A stretch of DNA of 64,000 bases from Octopus bimaculoides (Eukaryota): positions 7,953,828 to 8,017,827 of the forward strand of contig NC_069002.1 in assembly GCF_001194135.2 (NCBI RefSeq), in the 5' to 3' direction. Positions 54,440 through 64,000 of this stretch are shown here, in pieces (the first letter of the stretch is position 1; every line of letters starts with the position of its first letter). Below the pieces are notes generated by a model that worked only from the letters and a program-made list of their open reading frames with translations, ran no database searches and was not told the DNA's origin. The translations under genes were made by a program, and so were the position numbers.

Positions 54440-54925
54440 GCGCTCATGAATTAGTTTGATACTTGAGCTCTGATTGGCTGTATGCAAATGTGTTTATAAC
54501 TGAATGACCAAATCCAAGCTTCTCTGCTAGTTCTTCAGCAGTTACGATGGGATTTTGTTCCACCAGGATTTGCGGGACGTCCTCGCCGAGCTTTACACAT
54601 CTTTTAGACTGTAGTTTCCGGCTCGGAATTTCTGGAACCACCATTGGCACTGGCTTATTCTTTCCGTTGTATTGTTACCTTTATTGCACTTACTCATAAA
54701 GCAAAATAAACCTAAAATGCATCTTTGTCACTTCCATTGTAGCTTTGAAAAAATAATTGTCAAAATCGAACTGCGTTCTTCAAAACTTGTACTAAGAACA
54801 GAAACAAGGTAAAATTACTTGCTTTTTATGGCAAGTTGAGGCAGGTAGTTTATCCCATCCCCCTCCGACTTTTAGTTCATGCAATTGAAAAACAACTGCA
54901 TTATTTATGGGATGACCCAATGTAT
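54440..54925 (-). mobile_element. Mariner remnant: left TIR and N-terminal HTH region, with stop/frameshift
   Basis: Minus strand begins TTGGGTCATCCCATAAATAATGC (mariner-like TIR, ~54920). It encodes ISQCQWWFQKFRAGNYSLKDV*.../EDVPQILVEQNPIVTAEELAEKLGFGHSVINT, matching the mariner WF.KF..G.F.L.D and T..ELA..LG motifs. Confidence 0.85.
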
Positions 54926-57559
54926 TCACACATATATATGCAGTCACATATATATTGCGTATACAGGTACACACTCACACACACGTACAGTAATATATAT
55001 ACATATTTAAATGCATACGTTGTATATATGTCAATTTTTACATTGTTTCCTATAAAAATATTATCTTAAGCTTGCTTCCATCCCTATTTACATTCACTTC
55101 ATTGCGTTTCCCTGTCGAAACAAATGAACCACGTAAGATGTTTGTCCTGGGAAAATGATCTCTTTTTCACCTTCCTTCCACAAGATTATCAGATTCCATG
55201 TTCGTATAAAGAACCTTTTAACACACTGGCTTACATACCGCAGACGTCGCTTTGAAACAGCGTGTAACTTGAAACAAACATTTTGACGACTGTTAAAGCG
55301 ACGTCGCACAGGGAATGCGATGTGATGTGAAGCGTTCCGTACTAAAACACAATTGCACGTGATGTGTATTTGTTTGGAGTTAAGCTTTTATATTAACATG
55401 AGTGTTTTTTATCAGTGTGCTTTGATTATCATTTCATCAGGCGTCGTAGGACTTCAATAAAACGTGAAATGCAAATTATGAAAGAGAGTGAGAGAGAGGG
55501 GGGGGGAGATTAAAGGAGTATTGAAAATATCGGGAATGAGTGTGAGACTAATGGGGAATGGATCAGTGAAAAGAGAGACAGGTGGGGAAAGAGTTAGGGG
55601 TGCGGAGAGAGATAGATAGTGAAACAAGGTGAGAGAACGAGAGGGGAAGTGAGTACGATATGCTGCATATTCCCTATAATCCAGTGAAATGCCACACCCA
55701 TCCCCGCCACTGGCATTTGTGCTGTATTTATCTTAACCGTTAGAAGTTCTATATTTCGAAAAGTTTAAAACTTTTTTTAAAGCTGCGGATAATTACATGC
55801 GACGCGGTTTCAATTCCAGACTGAAGACAGGTGAAATATATATTGGAGATGTTCTGCCCAACGCAGAAACTCTAAGATAATTTGATTTTGCAGGCATTTC
55901 TTCTAAATCTATAACAATGATATCGATTACGAATTTAGAAAGTTTGACAAAAAAATATCTTTTTCAGATATAAATTCGTGCATAAGGAAAACTAATAATA
56001 TTTGACATTAAAGCAAAAAGAAGATAGAAACTTTATGAAGGTGTATCAATCTCTAAATTGAAAAGCACCTATATTAATAAGTTTAATGCGAACACACCTT
56101 TTACTTAATACCTGATATTGCATTAGCGGCTTTTCACGCATATCATGGAGTACTTTCATTGCGTACATCAGTTCTCAGAATATCATAAAAACCTATACAA
56201 ATGTTAGTTAATGTAACATGTAATTCGAAAGAAAAATGTTTATTATGGGAAAAAAAAAAAACGTTCATACGAACTGTTGTATGTGTTATAATCTTGAGGC
56301 TGATGGTAATGATGATTCTATTTAGATTTATTATTTTTTGTTTGCTATATTGAATCTTTAACTTAATAATGATGGAGTATATGGAGAATATGTTCTCTTC
56401 AACAAAACATATCGAAATATTTCCATCAATATATCTATTTCTATTTACATTACTAAAACAAAATAGCTGATCTGAGACTACGAAACAACAATAAGATAAG
56501 TTTACATCTATTTAGGTTTTATTTATGGACACCAGATGAACAAAAACATATTTTCGTCTAGGTCTCAACTTAGAATGTGAATAAATGCAAGCAGATGCTG
56601 CAAATTACGGTACTTGTCCACTTAACTTACCCTAAGCACACATAAGCGGGTGCACGAACATATACATACATACAAACACACGTGTATATATATATATATA
56701 TATATATATATCATATGGTATAATTATAGGCAGGGCAAATTTTAAACATTTCTCTGTAGACTGAAAGAAATGACAAACAACCTTAATCGATTTTCGAACC
56801 TTATTGACTTGTCATCAGAGGCGTCCACAACATTGTGACAGTCTCCAGAGAAGCAGGCAGCCAAATTGTTTATATACTCAACAAATGCATCCGTTACTCT
56901 CAGAAGGAGTGCCTAATTTGCATACCGAAGGTGTTTAACACTACAAATACCAGCGGCCTGTCAACGGGATCTTAGTAGACACCGTATGAAGGTATGAGAT
57001 AATAAATATGTAACGAATAGTATAATTATTACAGGGAAAATTTCAGCTATATGTATATATATGTGGATACATGTATACAGACACATACATATATATATTA
57101 ACCTAAACACTCTATATACAGATATATACCTGGTTATATATATATGTGTGAACGTATATGCGTGTATATCATTTCATACTGTATAGATCGTCTTATTTAA
57201 CGCTTTCCATTGGAGTCCGCTGATAAAACATAGTGGCACTGAAAGGGCACAAACCACCTACGTCTCTCTCTCTCTCTCAGTCACACTCACCTTCTCACAC
57301 TCTGCATATATTTAGGGCGACTTTAAAGTCTGGATAGAACATGTCTTTAGAGAAAATCATATTCAAACTATAGAAACACACACACACACACATACTTGTA
57401 TATATATACATTTGAAGCTAGAGGGTGTCAGTTGTGTTACCAAAGATTTCCCGCTCAACAGGCCATATTGGTGTGTTTTCATAAAAATGTAAATTTTTAT
57501 TACGGATATTTTAACAAAGTTAACTTGGTCGTCTATTATTTGTTTGATATAACCCATAT

Positions 57560-58140
57560 ATCGAACCCAGTGCTCGACTGACCCCTATTTTATAAACCCT
57601 AAAATGATGAGAAGCAAAGTAGACCACGAAGAAATTTGAATTCGAATATAAAGGTCAACAAAATAACTCTAGGAATTTCCTCCCGGCATGTTAACCTTTC
57701 TGGCAACACATTTTCTTAGTAAATATTGATTTCAAAATTTGGCAGAAGGACAGCAATTTCAGCGGAGCGGATCAGTCGATTACATCGACCCCCCCCCCCC
57801 CAGTGTTTAACTTATACTTATTTTGTCGACCTCTATGGATTTTGAACTCCGAAACTAAAGACGAACGAAATGCCACTAAGCATTTTATCCGGCGTGATGA
57901 CGAATCAGACAGCACGCCGCCTTATTCCAATAATAAATATTCTTTTCTACTCTAGGCATAAAGCTCAAAATTTTTGGTGAGCGGGAAGTCGATTAGACGG
58001 ACCCCAGTACGCAACTGGTACTTAATTTATCGACCCCAAAAGAAGGAAAGCAAAGCCGACCTCGGAACGTAAATATAGAAGAAATGTCGCGAAGCATTTC
58101 GGCCGGCGTGCTAAACGTTTCTGCCAGCTCAATGCCTTCC
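57560..58140 (-). mobile_element. Three head-to-tail SINE family A copies
   Basis: Units at ~57560-57710, ~57720-57925 and ~57940-58140, the last two ending in ...cggcgtg....cg.....gccagc/acagc (reverse-complement heads). Confidence 0.75.
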
Positions 58141-58383
58141 AACAATAAATATTAACGCAGCAAATGTATTGAATGCGTATTGATTTATATTTTTCTTAGT
58201 AGTCGTACCTAGTACATCCAAATCGTGTGTGTGTGTGTTGTGCGTGTTTGTAATTGAATATATACGAAGAAAAACAAATAACTTTATCGGAATAAAACGT
58301 CCACTGGTACAAATAGGCGTTATAATATTGTTTAGATTTGTTAAGTTTGGGAAGAAATATTTACTTACACGCATGCACACACC

Positions 58384-58441
<58 letters not shown>

Positions 58442-59424
58442 GGGCGAGCAAGTACACAGGCTTTGCATATGCACACACATACGTATACTTATACCCATAT
58501 AATTACATATATATATATGTGTGTGTGTGTTTCTGTGTGTGTGTATGAACACGCATTAACGCAATCACAGATTAATACACAACCAAACGTAATGTATGAT
58601 AATATAACGAACCAAAACCAATCCTTTTGCATGAAACACTATACAACAGAATTGAACTCTACCAGCTTTTTTTTTTTGTGTGCACTGTAGAAATGTGGAG
58701 GTGTTTGTAGTTTATGTCAATATTAATTATTCCTTCTTATGTTCAGCTTTGTGAATAAATATTTGAAAATAATATGCCAACAGCTATCGCTATGAAATTT
58801 GAAAAACACAACTGTTGACTCATATTTGTTGCCCCTGTTTCTATTTTTTTTTTTTTTTCATTTACTTTTTCGCTTTCAATCTGTCCACCATTTTGATGTT
58901 TCGTTTATATATAAATATATTTATAATCTTTTATCATTTCTCACTGTTTTCTCACTGTTTTTTTATCGCAATTTTTCTGATTCTCTCCCTTTTATTTTTC
59001 AGTAATTTTTCATTTTTTTTTTTTTTTTACCTATTTGCTGTTTTATTTTCTTCTTTTTCCTTCACTTAATTTTCAATCTCGTTCTTCATTTATTCATTTA
59101 TATTTCTTTTTTGTGCAGACTCAACTTATGCCTATTTTCTTTTAATTATTCACCTATTTCTATAATTTTTCTTGTACTATTCTCTTCTACTTCTTCTCCA
59201 CTTTCTACTTCATCCCTTCATCCACTTCTATTATTATTCTTCATATTATTCCTTCATCTGTTTTTTTCTCTCTCTCTCTCTCTCTCTCACCATAATCTTT
59301 GACTAAACGCCCTCGTTTTACTCTGCACCTCATTCAGTACAATGACTTTCATCGCACGTTTAGTCTTTGCACAATTCTCTCATATTCCTTCGCCTTTTCT
59401 TTATTTCATCATTCTCCTCCACGT

Positions 59425-59810
59425 GGAGGCGCAATGGCCCAGTGGTTAGGGCAGCGGACTCGTGGTCATAGGATCGCAGTTTCGATTCCCAGACCGGGCG
59501 TTGTGAGTGTTTATTTGAGCGAAAACAACTAAAGCTCCATGAGGCTCCGGCAGAGGATGGTGGCGAACCCTGCTGTACTCTTTCACCACAACTTTCTCTC
59601 ACTTTTACTTACTGTTTCTGTTGTGCCTGTAATTCAAAGGGTCAGCCTTGTCACACTGTGTCACGCTGAATATCCCCGAGAACTACGTTATGGGTACACG
59701 TGTCTGTGGAGTACTCAGCCACTTGCACGTTAATTTCACGAGCAGGCTGTTCCGTTGATCGGATCAACTGGAACCCTCGACGTTGTACGCGACGGAGTGC
59801 CAACAACAAC
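59425..59810 (+). mobile_element. SINE family C-type, full length
   Basis: tRNA-like head ggaggcgcaatggcccagtggttagggcagcggactcgtggtcataggatcgcagtttcgattcccagaccgggcg (A and B boxes) followed by the body shared with 41230-41551. Confidence 0.85.
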
Positions 59811-60399
59811 ATTCCCCACCACCCTCCACCATCAACCTTCTCTTTCCTTCGCTCTCTGTATTTCCCATTGTTCACTTAACACTTCCGTCCTTTAACCTTC
59901 TTGGTGTTTTTTTTTTAGTTCCACGCAAAGTCAGTCATCATAGAACAGTCATATTATAAAAAATATTCTAATCTCGATCATTCCGTATTTTATTTTCCCA
60001 ATATAATATATCTAAAATTACACCATTAAGCGCCCTTACTTCAACAGTATAGCGAAATCAGACGGGAAGGATATTTAGCATACACATTCACACACATGTA
60101 TGCATGCGTGGGTGTCTGTGAGCGATTCTTTTTGTTTTGTTTTTTTTTTCAGCGTGTACGTGCGTGTCTGTGTCATAAAGTTGACCCTTGAACCTGACTG
60201 TCTGTTGGACCCGGCTTTGCCCATCCCGGGTTAATGTCACCGCAAATGCAATTAATGACAATAAGTATTTTGTAGCATAGAGACAAGACTAACATTTGGG
60301 TGGGGACGCATAGCAAGACTTATATCACCTATATATACATATATATATATATAACTAGTACTTGTCAACTTCAGCACTCGACCGTTGCATTATTTTATC

Positions 60400-60785
60400 A
60401 ACCACGAAGGCAGCGAGGTGGTAGAATCGTTAGCACGCCGGGCGAAATGCTTAGCGGTATTTCGCCCGTCGCGACTTTGCCTTTCATCCTTTTGGGGTTG
60501 ATGAATTAAGTACCAGTGAAACACTGGGGTCGATGTAGTCCCCTTCGCGCAAATTTGAGGCCTCCAGTAGAATATATAAGGCGGTGAGCTGGCAGAATCG
60601 TTAGCACGCCTGGCGAAATGTTTAGCGGTATTTCGCACGTCACTACGTTCTGCGTTCTAATTCCGCTGCGGTCATCCTTTCGAAGTCGATAAATTAAGTA
60701 CCAGTGAAACACGAGATTCGACGTGATCGACCTGTCACCTCCCACAAAATTCCAGGCTTTGAGCCTATAGTAGAAAGGATTATTT
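60400..60785 (+). mobile_element. Two head-to-tail SINE family A copies
   Basis: atcgttagcacgccgggcgaaatgcttagcggtatttcg... occurs at ~60426 and ~60597, each followed by taagtaccagtgaaacac. Confidence 0.85.
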
Positions 60786-63088
60786 TATCGACCACGTACA
60801 AAATAAAGGTAACGTTGACCTTGTCAAGGTTTGAACTGAGAGCGAAACGATGAAGGAAAAACGTCTTCCCTGGAGAATTTCCGAAAAGAGAATTTTAAAG
60901 TGACCTTAGTTAGATATCACTATTCGTTGATGTATTTTACTCATTTGTCTTTATTCCGTAGAAACCATAATTCAAAGAGCATAATGCCACACTGTTGTTC
61001 TTGTTGATCGTTGATCGTGCTGTGTCCTATATGAATAAATAATCGCCACAGCCAGAAGTTAGAATTACCTAAATAATCGCATGATTATCATTCGATCTAA
61101 ATATCCCAATGGATTCATTTTTTTTTTTTTTTGGATCGATAATAAAATACTAAGCTGACATAAATTTCAACTTGGTGCAGATTATATTTATGTCAGTAAT
61201 GCCAAAATTAGGCATAAGAGGCGCGTGTCTTGGACTCCCGATCGTAAGATTGTGGTTCTGATTCCTGGACCAGGTGGTGCGTTGTGTTCTTAAGCAAAAC
61301 ATTTCGCTTCATTCGTGACTGAAAGGGGCTTTATATATGTCTAGGCTGTGTGTTGTGTTCTTGAGCAAGACACTTTATTTCAAGGACACATTATATAATG
61401 ATCTATGGATTCCAAGCAACAGGATCGAAACCACGGTCTGTGGTTGTAAGAGGGATCGTTTAGCCATTCGGCTATATTTGATTCCCTTATCTGTTAGTCA
61501 GTAAATGTTAAGAGCCACGATCACTTAGAGAGACTGAATGAAGAAGAGAGAAAGAGTGAGAGAGAAGGCGATAGAGACAGACAGACAGAGAAGATGAGAG
61601 AGAAAGGGGTGTGTTTAAGTGAAGGCAAATATCGACTCCCTGCCTGAAATAGTTTAGTTGTTAAGAACAGGTAGATAAGACTAATTCAAACTCGCTTTTG
61701 TTCTTGGGTATAATAAATTATGAAGTGAGCATGAAAGCAGGTCAGAGACCTAGCAGAGGCGTATGCGCCCCCCTCTCTCTCTCCCTCTCCCCTCCTCTCC
61801 CTCTCTCCTCCTCTCCCTCTCTCTCTCTCCCTCTCACACACACACATGCAAAAACGAACACACATAATTACAAGACACCCAAAACGATCGTCTCATTGAA
61901 TACCTATGGAATACTTCGACAAAACGAGGACACACACTTACACACATAATGCATTTACGTACGCGTACGTATATTTATTTTCTAGACTAATACGTATATA
62001 TATATATGTCAGTATAAATGTCGTTAGCGAAGTGGGTATATTCCATTTCCTTCCTTAAGCCACCCTTTCGGTCTTGGTCTGCCTTTATCGGAATCCAGTT
62101 TTTTTTTTTAAGGTATTCAGATTAGGTCACCGTCTCAAAGGCTGACTCATTCCTAAGCAATTTCTAAGGCTGGCTCTCTCCTAAGTAATGTCAGAGTATA
62201 AAATTATTTCTACGACCCCTATACACACCCACGCAAGCACGCGCGCACATACACACACGACGACAGAAAAACCATAGCGAAGGACACAGGTAACTAACTT
62301 GACAGTAGCATATCTGAATATCTACGAATATAGAAAGACAAGTAGACAGACAGACAAACAGACAGACAGTTAGTTAGATCGGTGGCATATTTTATTAGTT
62401 ACGAGCCAATGATTAAATTCCATATATTAATAATTACAGAAATAGCAGCGAAGTTTTCCTCAAACCATGTTCTGCCGAATTATATGCGATACGTTAGATC
62501 ATGTATTTTCTACTTACATATATACATAGGAGAAAGATTTTGTAGTCACATCTATAATGTCTTTGATCATTAATTTGCTTGCTTTTCAATGACCCAGGGC
62601 TAAAACGACTGCATAAACCAACTCCCTATGGAGCCCAATTATAAATATGCACCCTAAAGCACAATCTCACGAAATATTTATATGGTATGCCTTTCTCAGA
62701 CGGTTAGAGATTGTAAGGGTAATAAAACTTCTCCTACTGGAAGTAGATAGAAAATATAATTTCTACGATTTGTTATAGATTTAACCATTCATTCATATTG
62801 GCTTATCTCATTCATTAGTCTTCCTTTATTCAACCGTCAGTACTCATGCATGAGTACTCACTCATCATATTACTTCCTTGGTCAGCGATATTTCTCCTAT
62901 CTCATTATATTTTAAGATCAAACTTCGCCCAGGTTGACACTCCCTATCGTTTTCTTTCGGGGTGAATAAAATGCTTACTAGATGAACACTGGCGTGGTTA
63001 TTATGGACAAGGACTCTTCCCCCCAAAATTTCAGGAATTGAGCCTATGGTAGAAGGAAAGAATTATTTTCTTAGCTATGATAAGGTGT

Positions 63089-63510
63089 GGCACAGGAGTT
63101 TGGCTGTGTGGTAAGTAGCTTGCCTCCCAACCACATGGTTCTTGGTTCACTCACACTGCGCGGCACCTTGGGCAAGTGTCTTCTACTAAAGCCTCGAGCC
63201 GACCAAACCCTTTTGAGTGGATTTGGTAGACGGAAACTGAAAGCCCGTCGTATATATGTGTGTGTATATGTATATATATATATATATGTATGTGTATATG
63301 ATTGTGTGTCTATGTTTGTCCCCCCCCCCCAACATCGCTTGACAACCGATGCTGGTGTGTTTACGTCCCCGTAATATAGCGATTCGGCAAAAGAGACCGA
63401 TAGAATAAGTACTAGGCTTAAAAAGAATAAGTCCTGGGGGTCGATTTGCTCGACTAAAGGCGGTGCTCCAGCATGGCCGCAGTCAAATGACTGAAACATG
63501 TAAAAGAGAG
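63089..63510 (+). mobile_element. SINE family B, full length with internal (TA/TG)n
   Basis: Head ggctgtgtggtaagtagcttgcctcccaaccacatgg, CORE-like ggcaccttgggcaagtgtcttctac, internal microsatellite, tail ggcggtgctccagcatggccgcagtcaaatgactgaaac. Confidence 0.85.
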
Positions 63511-63965
63511 CGAAAGAGATAAAGTCAACGTTAAATTAAATCATTCTACAATTAGTTTTATTCACATATAAATAATCCTGTATTTACTGTTGAAGTAATT
63601 GAACCCGTAGCCCGAGGAGCGCACACGGAACGAAACGAGATACATCCGGGAACAAAACGCAAACGAGATGCATCATTAAAATGTATACACATTACAATAA
63701 CTACAACTACCTTTATTACTTACTGAATATTTGGTTCTGAAATATGTCCCTTGTCGATGTGGAACTTTTAATGGATGGCCATTGAACTAGATAAGGTCGG
63801 TGTCTAAAGTTGACTATAATAATGGCTATATAATGCAGTTACTTTTTATATGTAATTCAGTCTGAATAACATTTGTATTCAGGTTTAAATTTTGGATTTC
63901 CCAGATGGGAATACATCTTCTAGAAATATAATACAAAGTAATATAATATAATATGATATATAATA

Positions 63966-64000
<35 letters not shown>

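Larger units (their letters stand above)
45312..64000 (-). other. 3' part of intron 1 of the precursor gene (>18.6 kb, phase 0); first coding exon(s) lie beyond the window
   Basis: Exon 2 starts at a splice acceptor without signal peptide or nonapeptide. A manual scan found no CxxxxCPxG-GKR-coding sequence on the minus strand between 45312 and 64000. Confidence 0.8.

Noticed and set aside
42346-56923. POU octamer ATTTGCAT sites (e.g. 42346, 53163, 56916), tempting because Brn-2 regulates vertebrate OXT/AVP neurons
   Set aside because: About 4-5 copies are expected by composition in 64 kb and about 8 were seen; not a meaningful enrichment.
59425-59500. tRNA gene-like sequence (also heads at 63089, 41551, 60580)
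   Set aside because: A and B boxes continue into multi-copy SINE bodies and no complete cloverleaf is evident.
1-64000. CRISPR arrays, operons, rRNA; numerous YI/HT/CV-repeat ORFs
   Set aside because: Eukaryotic DNA with no repeat-spacer arrays or rRNA motifs; these ORFs are (TA)n/(CA)n microsatellites or run through N-gaps.

Overview
AT-rich, SINE- and microsatellite-dense eukaryotic genomic DNA with about 11 N-gaps, most flanked by (TA)n. It is almost certainly octopus, and the draft-style gaps suggest an Octopus short-read assembly; the species is not determined. Only one protein-coding gene is firmly supported: the minus-strand oxytocin/vasopressin-family precursor (cephalotocin/octopressin). 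Two of its exons are present. The neurophysin exon is 45110-45311 (202 nt, phase 0 in, phase 1 out). The terminal exon is 25108-25208 (SSCFTTDRCDRENHRSIAMQKLLEMRDGIYYKK*). They are separated by a ~19.9 kb GT-AG intron and together supply all 14 neurophysin cysteines. The exon for signal peptide + nonapeptide + GKR is not in the window, so intron 1 exceeds 18.6 kb. The most interesting point: as I recall them, the two octopus hormone precursors are identical from exactly this acceptor onward. That suggests one locus with alternative first exons sharing one neurophysin, and it conflicts with the published 'intronless' description. The rest of the window is tRNA-derived SINEs (three families, often in head-to-tail arrays), Tc1/mariner and R4/Dong remnants, simple repeats, and some weak plus-strand exon candidates. 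Nearly all supplied ORFs are microsatellite artefacts. Repeat boundaries are approximate; no database searches were run.
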